A stretch of 64,000 nucleotides of DNA from Selaginella moellendorffii. Taxonomy: Eukaryota; Plantae; Lycopodiophyta. The position numbers and the translations under genes were made by a program. How positions within the stretch are numbered: the first letter of the stretch is position 1; each line of letters begins with the position of its first letter. The notes beneath the pieces were generated by a model. It made no database searches. It was given only the letters and a program-made list of their open reading frames with translations, and was not told the origin of the DNA. Location: assembly GCF_000143415.4 (NCBI RefSeq), contig NW_003314288.1, positions 22,002 to 86,001 on the forward strand, given 5' to 3'. Shown here piece after piece: positions 1 to 13,195 of this stretch.

Positions 1-597
1 TTTCGACTGATCCCACTTAGTAACCTCAGGTTTTTGGTGTTCAGCCACACCTCTCCCTAAGTTGAAACTTTATGTCTTGGTGCTTTTGGTTTGCATATTT
101 GGTTTGTCTTTGTTATGCCCGTTCGAAGGAATCCCTCACGAAAGTCCAAATGTCGAGTCTTTCCGCTGTGAACTTCTTTACTATGGGTAACTCTCCATGA
201 TACCCAACCACACTTCAATGGCTCGCCTATTGATAGCTTCCCATGGACTCACCCTAATACTTGAATGTGGTGAACTGTTATAGCACATTTCCGCAAGCCC
301 CAAATGACTTACTTAATCAATCAAGTTTTTAGAGACATAGCATTTCAAATAATCCTCCAACTGCCTATTCACCCTTTTTGTTTGTCCATCTGTCAATAAG
401 TGTTATTGCCATTATGCATTTAATACTTGTCTATGGGTGATAGGCTATGCTAAAATTTAGCTTAATACAATATTGTGTAAGCAACCAAAGAGAACAACTT
501 GAGAGACGATCCATAGGGGTTCAAATATAGAGGGAAAGGGCCCATGAACAAGAGTGCACCCCCTTTTCCAATCGGTTAAGGGTCTTGGGATATTTGG

Positions 598-652
598 GTT
601 AAGCGTCCTTGGGTTAGAATAGTACTGGGTTGGGTGACCTCCTGGGAAGTCC
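598..652 (+). ncRNA. 5S rRNA-derived domain (Pol III A-box/IE/C-box) in the 5' LTR of the Cassandra; not a full 5S gene
   Basis: GTTAAGCGTCCTTGGGTTAGAATAGTACTGGGTTGGGTGACCTCCTGGGAAGTCC matches about 49/55 of the recalled plant 5S segment GTTAAGCGTGCTTGGGCGAGAGTAGTACTAGGATGGGTGACCTCCTGGGAAGTCC. Confidence 0.9.
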
Positions 653-998
653 AAACTCAGAAGCTTACATTTGGTATCAGAGGGGTCTCGGGTCCGACTC
701 TGTTGGTTGGCTAAGGGAATCACACCACATGTTGATTGACATCTGGCTGGTCTAGTTTGCTCCCGCTGGGCTCGACCCGAGGGGTAGGGTGTCAAGAGAG
801 CGGGGCTCTCAGGAGAGCTGCGGCTCTCAACTTCTGTTCACGAGGGCGTGAACTTGCAGGGAAGCATGGTGGATTGTAAGCAACTAAAGAGAATGACTTG
901 AGAGACGATCCATAGGGGTTCAAATATAGAGGGAAAGGGCCCATGAACAAGAGTGCACACCCCCTTTTCCAATCGGTTAAGGGTCTTGGGATATTTGG

Positions 999-1053
999 GT
1001 TAAGCGTCCTTGGGTTAGAATAGTACTGGGTTGGGTGACCTCCCGGGAAGTCC
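999..1053 (+). ncRNA. 5S rRNA-derived domain in the 3' LTR of the Cassandra
   Basis: Same 55-nt 5S segment as 598-652 with one T>C change (CCTCCCGGG). Confidence 0.9.
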
Positions 1054-1131
1054 AAACTCAGAAGCTTACATATTGTTCTAGAAGAGTTCTCCAGAACCTA
1101 TTAGTGAAAATCTTATTTCAATTTGACATAA

Positions 1132-4100
1132 TGTAGCACACGTGGATTTTACCCTTTATCCTATAATGATTTATCATAGAATAACCATGAAGTACAACCT
1201 AAACAATCCATGTGCCATGTGTCATATGTCATATGCCACATGCCACGTGTCCAAAAGACAATGGAGCAGAACCTGAGTTTTAGGGCCTTAGGCCACTAAA
1301 TGAAGGAATGGAGCCAAACTTCTGAGCATAAAGCCAAAGAGTGACAGTACTGGAGCACAGAATGACTCTCAAGCATATAGCTTAAGGAGCAAAGGGACAG
1401 GAATAGTCTTAGAGAAACCAACATCCCAATGCTAGGACCAACACGCAAAATGGAGCCAAATAGAATCTAGCACTATTTTAGCATATTGATTTTAACCCTA
1501 ACGTGAGGATATGGGTACTCCACTAGCTAATATGGTGTGGAACTTGGGTTGAGACCCAAGCTAGACACAGAACAAAAACAAGTACGCAAGCAGGAGTTCG
1601 ACTATGCCTCAAATTAGTCAGCTATGCCTGACCTACCTACTATCCCTACTATATATTTGGAACCCCCACAACCCCCACCCCCCCCCCCCCCCCCCTTTAA
1701 GGAACACACACTTTGGGTTTTCATCCTTAGCCATCCTTAGTACTAAAAGTTAGTCTCTGAGACTAACTTGAAACTTACTAAATATGGAATGGCATTAGAT
1801 TGCAAATTTGGACACCAAATAAATACCATTCTGTTTAGGACAATCTCTACATTCAGTAGATATGCCAAATTAGCAAATTTAAACACTTTCCATAAATATC
1901 AATTAAGACTAAACAGAACTAACACAAAATGCATGATAGCGAGGGTATTTGGCAAACATAGTAAGCTATCATTTAGCGAATATTGAGGGACCAACCTTAA
2001 TATCACAGGGTTGCCAACACTAGCAAGTGCAAGCCAATAATATGAGTTTCTTGTCATCGTGTCAAATATGTTTGACTAAATGACAACTTAGGATTTCCTT
2101 TCTTTAGTGCTTTTCTAGGCTAAGTGCACATGTGATAACTAGTTTCTCAACTAGCTTAAGCAAAGACTAATAAAGGGTCTAGAATTATCAACCTCCTACC
2201 GTTGTGGCAGTAAAAAAAGAATATCTGAAAGGACTAGCCAACATGTAACTTTTGATACCCACAGTCACATTGGCGACACTCTCCCCCCCCCTTAAGGAAG
2301 ATCAACGTCCTTGTCGATGCATACTCCAATCTAGAGCACTGCTAAGGAAACAACTCTAGAAAAATATCATAGTGTTCACATTATATGAGATTTAAATGAG
2401 TTAGGGTAATTTATTTGTCTAGTGTGGATATGCTACCAAGTCAAACACCTTCTGGCCGTCATCAATAAGAAAAATGACCAACAGAGTTAACCACCCTTGC
2501 TACTCTAGGTGTCATCCAATTTACAAAAGTGTGATACACCTCTGCTTGTAGGGACATATAGAGAGAAGTTAGAGACCCTAACCTTCCTAAGCAAAGAAAC
2601 TAAACTTTTTGGTAAGGTTTAAATAGACTATTATAAATAAGCAGTTAGAGTTGTTTACACAGTCACACCCTTTTAACGAAATAAGGAACATCGAGAGAGA
2701 GGTAGATGATGTGACTAGTTGACAGTAGCAACCCCATGACTAAAGATTTCACTATGCATACGAAGTGCCAAAGCCAATCTACATATATTGGCCCAAACCT
2801 AAAGATCAATAGATGGACAATGTCAAAGTCATAGGCCATAATATATAAGAGACTTAATTATCAGTGAATAAATCTTAGATTATAACACAAAGGTATTCTA
2901 AGTAAGTTATTGTCTGATAAACCAGTATTAGAGTGTAGGAACCACCAAGATCATTATAATTAAAAAATATAAGATTCACCATCCAACAAAATTCAATAGC
3001 TAATGTATCATAAAAAACACTCAATGATAAAACTTCACTATCAAAGATTGTAGATAGCATGCTAAACAACTTATGTAAGATAACTAAAAGAACATAAAAT
3101 ATTATCAATTGGCAAGCAAAATGCTCGCGAATGTACCACCTAAAGGAAATATCATCCAATTTATCAAAACCAACTATAACAACAATCAACAAAAGAAAAT
3201 AAATGTGGCAAGATCAACAAACATAATGTTCATGCCAAGTATCACACTAGCTAATCTGAATTTATCTCAATCAACAATACAAAGAAACTCAAATTACTTA
3301 ACTAAGCATTAGCAACATTCTACCGATATCTTAAACCCAAGAGATTAATCCCGAGCAAACCACCAAAACATGTGGTATTGCTAAAAGCCTATGACCATAT
3401 AAGAGAATAACTAACTATCATGAAAGATCATCAATCATGTCATCAATAGAGAGATACATAATCATTATTGAAGAAAAAATCCACCATCCTGAAGAACAGC
3501 AAATCATTTTAGATCAATAATAATCAAGTAAAACCTTTGACAAAGATAATCAACTATTCTAGATGATAGTCAATCATCACTAATTATTGATAATGCGAAA
3601 GCTAACTTCAACATCGAAGTTAATGAGTTAAAATACCTTCCCCAACAACTCCTTACAAATAAAACAACGAGCATGAAAACTCAAAAAACCAAAAACTCAA
3701 AGAAGCATATAACCAAGTCGTGCCTAAAAATGATCACAAGTTTTGCATTAACTAACTTAAATGCTAAAGAAGAAATCATAGTACAATTCATAATATCCTC
3801 CTTAACACATCTATAAGCTAAACTTCATAATACAAAACTAATAAAGAACATTTCTACATCAATCCAAAAGCCAAACATAATAAAGTTATACTCAACAAGT
3901 GACTACCAAATTGAACCTCCATGAATCCATCTATAGCAAGATGTAATTCACTTTATAACAAGCATAAAAAGAATCACTAATGATCAATATATTCCAACTT
4001 AAATTCAATAAAGATTCAAACATTTCAATATTGATTACTAATGTTAAAGCTAGCATAGTCCACAATTAAATTATTTTTCAAGGAAAAACAAAAGCTCAAC

Positions 4101-7100
4101 CCCTACTAAATAATCTTGTTTAGAATACAATTAACTCAACTTGCCACTTAATTTGTTTAAATGTTAAAACAGTTGCTAACTAGCAAATGTATGAATGCTG
4201 ATAATACAAAGCTACAACTAAATCATTAACACTATCTCTATCAAGACTAATGAAATTCAATATCAATCCTATAGAGAGATATCTCATTTCACTTGAGTCT
4301 CAGCATCAACAATCTCAATAATAGAGCATTATTTCAATGCCATTAACACCAAAATAAAGCTAAAAAAAGCAAGAGCAAATCACCACTCAAAGCTCTCTAG
4401 CAACTATGCTAACCAAAGTTGAAGATACTTTACTCAGTATTTGAGATTAATTCTTCAACAATACTCAGCTACAAATAACATTTCATCAAGGAGTGAATTA
4501 CCACATCCAAGACTCAATAATATCCAACACCACGAACTAAACACAACCAAGTGATATAGACAGAAGTAGAATCAATATGTTAATATGGAAAAATTATGTA
4601 AGCTCATGATATGATCCTTTGCAATACCATTCTAGTAAAGCAAACATATCACCATTAAATCATTATTAAGTGAAACAAGTATGAAAAATCCTTGATGAAG
4701 TTTACAAGCAATCACTAGCCACAAAGTAACTAACAATTACTCCTTAACTTGCCTTTACAAGACCGTAACTCTAAACTCATGTTATTGAATCATATACTTG
4801 TCTAACATGAACGTAATACCCCATGTACAAAATAAAAGTTCATGCACAAACACAAAATAAATGTCCACTCAAATCCAACTCAACTGCAATAAACTCACTA
4901 ATGCATTTAATTAACAGCTCTGAGAATACCTTAAAGAGGCTAGCTATGCATAATCACATTTAATCAAAACTAAAGTGAAGAATATGAGATGGACTCATAT
5001 TGGTATACAACCTCTTTATAGATGAAGCTATAGCATAAGTACTAACATCTCAACCTCAAACAAATAAATTGGACATTACCATCCTCAACCAAGGTGCAAA
5101 GTTACCAAAACCAAGTCAAGATCAGTGAGAGCTCACTACTCTTATAGAGTCTAATGAAATGTAAAGTGCAACTTGCCACCAAACACAACACTATAGAAAA
5201 AGGCACAAGGGTCACATATTCGCCATTTTTCTACACTAACTCTAGACTCTATTCAACTCAATTGCCTCAGCCCCAAAAGTCAACATTCTTTTTAGGTCAT
5301 ATTATACCAACTACATGCTAAGGTTTAAGCTAACTAAAGTCAACTCCAACCCCTTCGCTAGTTTATAATAGCTTTAAAAAATGGAATGGTTTTCGAGAAA
5401 AGTGATCAACAGATCAGCCATTAGAAAAGTCTGAGAAATTTTATGAAAAATTTTCCATCCTAAAGAAAGAATGACTTTCAATCTAGAAATACAAACTTTC
5501 AAGACTCAACCAACTTCCTCCTATTAACAACTTCACATAGGTTCACCTCAACATAAATTCTCATGACTTAGCAATATATTTAAGTATTGAACATCATGCC
5601 CATATTTCCAACATCTAACATTGACATCAGCAAAATGCAAAATGAACATCCAAGGCTTGATCACGAAGACTATATCTTTGGATATCCACATTGCACTAAC
5701 ACTCTTCTTCAACCACCTTCAAAATTTAATATGAAGCCAAAACACTAACAAAAACAATGTCATAGAAAATCAAGGTTTAAGGAAAATTCCTCATCACTCA
5801 AAATAACAATGCCACTTCCACTAACACAAGTGCTAGTGATGTCAATGCTTTAATTTCACACTTTCTCCATCCAACAATCTACTCCAAATGCTAATGAATC
5901 AATCGACAAGCTATAACAAATGAATGCTATAACATTTTCCAACACCTTCTGGGCAAACCCTCAAAGGAACAAAGTACCAACTTAAGCTTAGCATAATGGA
6001 TTGTTATCAAGAACAAAGTCAAAGCTACTTCAATACTACTATTTGCAAGCAGACTAGCTTTACTATCAACCACTTCAGGGTTGATCATTATTTAACTAAG
6101 CAACTTCGTAAATATATTGGTCACTATCACATAGTTATGATATAAAAATCACAATGACTTGATCATCAATTGAGCAACACCACGAGTAAACCCACATTAT
6201 TACTTCAAAAGTTTATGTAAGTATCAAATGCCTACTCTTTTTGATAAAATGCAATATAAATGTTACACCCCCAATAGAGTTTTATAACATTGATTACCAT
6301 CAAATTTTATTCATAACATAAACAAGTTTATGCCACTCTCTTTCCAACTAAATTCAAAACTAATCCAACACCAAGCTACTCAAGGAGCAATAGCAAGATT
6401 CCTCGGAGAAGAATTGAGCATTGCAACCAAAGTTTTGAATAGCAAGTCTAGACAAAATGGTTTAGCATTTCACCGCTATCCATCCCACAATTCACCATTT
6501 GTAAGACTATCATTTCTAATATGCATCAAGGTAGAGACTCTTGATTGCATAATATGAACACGAGCAATAAGTTAACACCTTATTGCAAATCATCTTTCTA
6601 AGAAGAGAAAATGATTTACGTGTTTGACCCTTCGTCTCTGATAACTCTCTTTTTGGTTTTATCTTTGACCAAACCTCAAGCTTGCTTTCGCACTACCTTC
6701 AGTCCAATCCAAGAAAAGTCTATGAGAGAGCACAGCAATGACTACTTGAACCAATAAACTTATCCTTACAGTCTTGATTGATCTACTTATAATCATGCCT
6801 AAGAAGGATTTACTAGTGCCATGTTAAAAAGCTACGAACCAGCCTATTTGCCACTTATAACAAACCCAGGGGAAGTTTACTTCCACCCACGGTATATGGA
6901 ATAACTCACGGAACAATTGATAAACTAACATTAATCCTACCAACTCAAAGTTTAACCTTGAGTTGCTAATGTGCCTCACTCACAAGCCCAAGCACAAACT
7001 TGTGCAAAATGGTATATCTCAAATCCTTCTTATGAGCCTAAGTGCAAGCTCACATAATATGGTACAAAAAGTAACCAAAATCCATACCCAAGGAATGAAT

Positions 7101-8316
7101 GCGAAGTTTTAGCACCCAAATGTGTACCCACTTGGATCATTGTTTTTATCTCTGTGTATACAATGAAACTAGTTGTCTAATTTCATTGGATAGTCCTTGC
7201 TGAGAATCATTCTCTAATACTAAATATAGTGCATATGGTTTTCACCCTTTATTCTATAGGGATTTACCATAGGATAACCATAAAGTAGAACTTAAACCCT
7301 CCATATGCCATGTGTCATATGCCATGTGCCACATGCCATGTGTCCAAAGGACAGCAATGCAGAAGCCGAGTTTCAGGGCCTTGGGCCACTGAATGAAGGA
7401 ACAGAGCTAAACTCCTAAGCATGCTCCTATCCCTTCACTCTTTAGATTGTATGCTCCGGAGTCATTTCGTGCTCTAGTGCTATTGTTCCTTGGCCGGAGT
7501 GACTTGGAACAATCCTAGAGAAATTAACATCTTAATGCCAGGACTAACACGCAAAATAGAGCCAAATGGAGTCTGGCACTATTTCAGCATTACCAATGGT
7601 TTAACACGAGGATATGAGTATTCCACCAACTAGTATGATGTGGAACTTGGGCTTAGACCTAAGCCAAACACAAAACAAAGACAAAAACTAGCGGGAGTTA
7701 GACTATGCCTCAGGTTGGTCGGCCATGCCCAACCTACCTGTTACCACACTATCTCTATTATACATTTGGAACCCCCCTCCCCTTTTAGGAATGCACGCTT
7801 TGAGCTTGAGCTTTCACCCTTAGTCACCTTGGGATTAACTTGAAACTTACCAAATATGAAATAGTATTAGATTGTGAATTTGGATATGGGACCAACACCA
7901 TTGTGTTCAGGACAATCTTTACATTCCATAGACACTTTCCATAAATAACAATTGGGACCAATCGAAATTAACACAAGGTGCATGATAGCAAGGGTGTTTG
8001 GCAGACACGGTAAGCCATCATCTAACAAATATTAAGGGACCAAGCTCAATATTGCGAGGGTTCCAACACTAACAAGTGCAAGCCAACAATATGAGCCATA
8101 TCAAGTATACTTGACAAAATGAAAACTTAGGATTTCCTTCCTTAGTGCCCCTTTAGTCTAAGTGCACATGTGATGATCAGTTTCTCAACTAGCTTAGGTA
8201 GAGACTAATAAATGGTTTAGCAATACTAACCTCTTGCTGTCGTGGCAGTAAGGAAAGAATATTCGAAAGGACTAGCCGACAGATAACTTTTGATATCTAC
8301 AGTCATATTCACGACA
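1132..8316 (-). mobile_element. Full-length non-coding LTR retrotransposon (LARD-like), about 7.2 kb
   Basis: LTRs at 1132-2278 and 7225-8316 (element sense TGTCG...GTGCTACA). Degenerate iMet PBS on the minus strand at 7212-7224 (cf. TTTGGTATTAGAG at 28426), PPT on the minus strand at about 2279-2293, near-perfect TSD CATAA/AATAA. The ~4.9-kb interior has no recognisable gag/pol motif. Confidence 0.82.
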
Positions 8317-8324
8317 AATAATTC

Positions 8325-8700
8325 CCACACTTGAACCACTTGCTTGTAAAATAGCTTCACCACACCTTTTACATCTACTTTTGTTGTGGTGGGTATGAAA
8401 TATATAGCCATACCTTTAGCCCCATATGCACTAGTCCCAGCCTTAGTGGCACCACTTAGAACCTATCCAAGCTTCCCTCACTTATGGATTCTTTGTTGGC
8501 ATTTTCACCACCTAACCTCTCATAATCTGATAAAGCTTGAGCTCCTCAACCTATGTCATAATCTCAGAAATAAAGAAGGTATAGACATTAAGCAATGCCT
8601 TTTTGGTGCCTTCTCTAGCTTTCTTCATCTCTACTTATTGTTGATTCCAACACTCATTTTTAACTAGATTCATAGTGAAAGTATACCCAAATCTCATCTC
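8325..8700 (-). mobile_element. Degenerate Gypsy gag/integrase fragments related to the 58654 element
   Basis: YFIPTTTKVDVKGVVKLFYKQVV matches integrase [23 protein letters not shown] near 63540. Adjacent sequence resembles the gag N-terminus near 60000-60200. Confidence 0.65.
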
Positions 8701-9223
8701 ATGATCACATATGATACACTCCCCTTTAGAGATGTTAATGCCTTCATTGACTATTGACTAACCCTTATTGAGCCAAGGGGAATCAACACCTCCATGTCGA
8801 CACTGAATATATCAATCCTTTCATTGTGTAAATTAACTATTCCATGTGAGGTAACTAATCATCCGCTTGTACCATAGTCTCATAGTGGATACCTTTGTCT
8901 ATGGATGCCTCACAAGAGGAAGAAAAAATACATGGATGTTTGATATATACAATTTTAAATTTAGCAGTAGAAATATACCTCACTCAAAGGTCTGTTATAT
9001 TTTTTAAATAGCCACTAATCAATGGGAATTGAATATGTGCTTTTTGTTTTGATACCAAATATAGCATACTTGAATTTGGAGCCAGACTCTAAACCTATTG
9101 CACAAAACAAGGGTCCAATACACATTTAATATCCTTTATTAGCACTAGCTCTCCATATCCAGCTCTTGCATGCAAAATGGTGTCAAATGGTGTCAAACAC
9201 AATTTTGGTATACCAGTGGGTCT

Positions 9224-10563
9224 AGACACTTACCATAAATAGTATATAGATTTGGAATGAGACCAACACATGGGGCATGATAGCAAGGGTGTCTGGCAAA
9301 CACAGTAATTTATTATGTATATTGAAGGACTAGATTCAATATTATGAGGGTTTTTAATACTAGCAAATGTAAGCCAATAACATGAGTTTCTCAAAGGGAT
9401 TTTACCTTATATTTATCCAATTTACATACACATGCATTAACTAGTCTTTCAACTAACTCAAGTGGGAACTATAAAGGGAACCAACTATACCAACCTCCTA
9501 TCGTCATAGAAATAATGGGAGAGTGGTGTAAGCCACAAATTTTTCCTTTTCAATTTCTCAATTTACATTGTCTATCTGACCACCATGGCATTAGCTTTAG
9601 TTAAGTTCCCTTGTCAAGGTTCTTATCTATTGTACTAACTCCTACTTGGTCGTACATAGTTTCAACTATTTATTGCATGAGCAATAGGGTGTTAGCCATC
9701 CATCTAGAGATTCCCAAGTTCTCTCTCAATCCCCCTCTCTAGGTTAAACTGGACTTAAGGTCCAATTATACTTCTTTTAGGCACAAGTAGCCAAACACAC
9801 GAAGCCTTCAAGTTCCTAACATCCTTTGGTACAATAAGATTTGATCATGGGACCTTCTAAATCCCAAGCGTTCGATGCATCTCTTACTTTGGGACCCTAG
9901 GGGTGGGGGGGGAACATCGTGGCATAACAACTCAGTATGGGTATCCCTACTCCCCCACCTCCATCCCAAAGGGAAGGCCCACTTAGGAAGGAGTGAGGAC
10001 CAATGAGCCACATAGTACTCAAATAGGGCATCACTCCACATGAGTCAAAAGCACCACAGTCGGTTTCCCTTCCGGGAGTGGGAGTTGCTTTTGAGCACTT
10101 TCTTGGGTGGCCTCTTTAGCACCATCTGAGTCCGTACTCACTCCATCCAAGGCCCCTAACCCCTAATCCCAACCTTAAGTTGGTTTGGAAGTACCATTGA
10201 AGAGTTCTTTTAAGACTGGTTCATAAACCTCACTATCTCTATTATAGTTTTAGAACCCCTTGTAGCCCCTCCCCTTTGAGAGACGATCGCTTTAAGCTTT
10301 CACCCCATGACCTGTATTAGAATTTGGACCCGGTCTCGGACTCAATCTCAGATTTGACTCAGTCTCAGACCCAATCTTAGATTTTAGACTTGGTTTCAAA
10401 CTTGGTCTCTGTCATGAACTTGGTCTTGGGGTCGGTCTCGGACTTGGTCTCGAGGTCAATCTCATGTGATTTTAGGGATTCTTTAGCCTATGACACTCAA
10501 GAAGTTGGTTCCTTACAACTGGCTGACAAATATCTTTTGGTACCCAAAGTTATATTTGCTACA
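9224..10563 (-). mobile_element. Partial LARD-family LTR interrupted by a Gypsy solo LTR
   Basis: 9224-9526 and 10518-10563 align with the right-hand part of 19583-20718. Confidence 0.7.
9527..10517 (-). mobile_element. Solo LTR of the Gypsy family at 58654
   Basis: Reverse complement of 58654-59805 (TGTAAGCCACAAAT...GGTTCCTTACA); TSD AGTGG/ACTGG with one mismatch. Confidence 0.85.
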
Positions 10564-11884
10564 CTGCGCATTACATACCCACTTAGCCTCATAAGGTTTC
10601 CTCACTTGAATTGCTGAGGCCTTGAGTTGTTGCTCCAACTCACTAATGCATGCATGCAAGCAAGCTTCATCATGAACTTTTACCTGGTTGAGATGATTTT
10701 TCAGCTGCCCATTTTTCATAAATAACTTGGAGATGGCATCTTCCTAGTGCCTCATCTTCACACATGAGATGCTTTTGATAGCATCTGGATCCCATATATC
10801 TATGTTAGAAGGTGATCCTCATCCATTCCTTAGACCTTCTATATCAAGATCCTTTGCTACTTGCTGTGGGATATCTTGGTGCATTCCTGGTAGTATAATT
10901 GCATAGTCAAAGGAATCCCCATTGCAACTCCTCCACGAGCATCCTCCCATAAACAGAGCTGCTACCTTACATGACTTCTCCATCCTAAGGCTTTCATAGC
11001 TATTGCATAAACTCCACTCTCTAAATGCCTTGCTTGGATGAGGACCTCCCCAAATGTAAATGGCATAATCTGGGTGAGTAGGGCTAGCATGATCATTAGC
11101 TCCACAACCTGTGGCCCAGTTCCAAATCTAATCCCCTAGGTGGGATATAAGCAAATTGCTGTAAGATCCTTATAAAGAATCTCATGTTTTGCCAACAGGT
11201 CTTGCAAAATCATGATCTTTCGTATATGAGGATTCGTCACCTAGAGTATTGCAAGATCAATAATGCCAATCACTTTTATAATTAATTTTGTGCCACATGT
11301 CAAATGCCAAAGTTGCCATGTGTCATCTCTTTTGTTTTTGGTTATTTTTTCTCACTTTCCTTCTCTTTATTTTTCCACTCTCTTTCTTTCTTTCACCTTT
11401 TTTTTCTATTCTTTTCCTTTTATTTTCCTAAGGCACTAATGCAGTCTGGATGTCTTGACAATAAGTTCTTCTTTGGCATCTAGACCCAAAGATCCTACAA
11501 TAGAATCTTCCATTATCTCAACTCACTCTACATTTACCTTCTTCAATATGTACAACATGATTAATAGCTGGATATTGTTGGTTCATTGGACAATCTCAAG
11601 CCCCATGGTTGCCATCATATTTGAAGCACTTGTTTCATCAGGCACCACCCAATTAACTCCTCTTGAAAGATGCAAGTCGATGATTTATCTTTGTGAGTTG
11701 GCTCTTCAATTCCTTTGTCAATGTTGCTACAAGATTCTTGACATTTATCTATACATCATTCTCTACCTACTCTTTCAATGCTCCATTTTTTTTATAGAAG
11801 ATTCATCATTAGGAATCTTTATTAAATCCTTAAAATACTCATCTTGTAGTTCAAACTCTTATGCTTGGTGTATTGCCTCTCAAG

Positions 11885-12215
11885 GAGGGAGTAATGTGGC
11901 CAATGCTTGGAAGGTGTTCAAGGAAACGTTGTGGGACGTCATGTCGTGGATGATGCTGGTGTCAGTGTGTGCCAAGAATGGGAGCATGGAAGAAGCTGTG
12001 GCTCTGTTTGACAAGATGCCACAGCGAAATAGAGTCTCGTGGAACTCAATCATCTCTGGGCTTTTGTAGAATGGTCACAAAAGGGAGGCTCTATAGGTGT
12101 TCAAAGTGATGGTATTGGAAGATGTGGAAGCCGATAGTATCTCCTAGTGGACTAGACTCCCATGTTCTAAGTCCTTTATGTCAACATAGGCATCAAGAAC
12201 ACTGGTGAAGCATAC
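11885..12215 (+). pseudogene. PLS-class PPR gene fragment
   Basis: SWMMLVSVCAKNGSMEEAVALFDKMPQRNRVSWNSIISGLL*NGHKREAL*VFKVM with in-frame stops. The next PPR motif (FTSVLDAY..KDLEHGSLVH) lies inverted at 12144-12215. Confidence 0.75.
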
Positions 12216-12999
12216 AAAGACTTTTGCTTCCATCACTTTTATTTCCTTATTACTTTCTCGTAATTTCCTATTTTGATCCTCTCTTTCCTTTTCCAATCCC
12301 TCTAACAGTCTTTGTGTTGCCCAACTCAAGGAGGAGTATGCCAAACCCTTTGAATTTGATCTATCGTTTGACTTTCTTGCATTGTCTGAGCATTAAGCCA
12401 CTACAATCGCAAAAAGACCTCCTTTGTTCAGTGTTTTCTAAGTTTAAAGCCTCTATAATCATTCATGATTCCTAGTGCTAGACATGTTTGAAATTCATAA
12501 ATGATTTTCTCCCAGCTTTTTTTAAAGCCAAAGAGTGATAGTTTATCCCACTGTGGTCGCCAAAAGTGAGTAAGGCTTTTTTTGCCTATACTTGTGTTCT
12601 CGCCCCTGCTTGCAAAATAGTGACAAATAAATAGAGATGAGAACCTAGAAGAAGAGAAGCAAAAAGAGAAGATTGAAAATAAAATTAAGCTTCAAACCCT
12701 AAAGGCGTGAGTATGGATAAGCATATATCAGTCTCTCAACTTTACATTACACAAATAATCATAAATGAAAAAAAAGATGGTTAATTCAATGAAAATGCAT
12801 ATAACAGTGTTTCCTAGCACTTATAAATGCTATTTATATACTTTTAACTATTTCACACTTGTTTATGACAAGCGTTGCCTAAGTCAGGTCTTTCTTCTTT
12901 AAATGCCTAAGATTAAATGTAACTCTATTTCACCTAAGCTTCTTTCTTTTGCTCTACCTAAAAAGATATATAAGATAAAATATTTACCTCTTCATCACC

Positions 13000-13195
13000 C
13001 GCTTGATCCGAGGGGTAGGGTGTCAAGCAACTTAAGCTAATGAATTCTAAATAGATTACAAAATCATACCACATGTTAAGATTAATATCTGGTATGTTGA
13101 GTTTGCCTCAAATTGGGCTTGACCCAAGGAGTAAGGTGTCAAGGGAGCGGCACTCTCGGGAGAGTTATGGCTCTCAACTTTCGTTCATGAGTGCT
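13000..13195 (+). mobile_element. Fragments of a Cassandra internal domain
   Basis: CCGAGGGGTAGGGTGTCAAG and ATCATACCACATGTT...GGTGTCAAGGGAGCGG...GGCTCTCAACTTTCGTTCATGAG match 718-846. Confidence 0.75.

Larger units (their letters stand above)
476..1070 (+). mobile_element. Cassandra-type TRIM (non-autonomous LTR retrotransposon with 5S rRNA-derived LTRs), complete
   Basis: LTRs at 476-669 and 875-1070 (TGTAAGC...GCTTACA; 4 substitutions and one 2-bp indel). PBS TGGTATCAGAG (tRNA-iMet) at 672-682, purine-rich tract before 875, 205-bp non-coding interior, perfect 5-bp TSD TATTG (471-475 / 1071-1075). Each LTR has a 5S rRNA internal-promoter segment. Confidence 0.93.

Noticed and set aside
598-652. 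Genuine 5S rRNA gene
   Set aside because: Only the ~55-nt internal promoter part is present, inside an LTR. The 5S 5' end, 3' end and T-run terminator are missing.
10570-11870. Possible gene on the minus strand
   Set aside because: Looks like decayed coding DNA with many stops; no family recognised.
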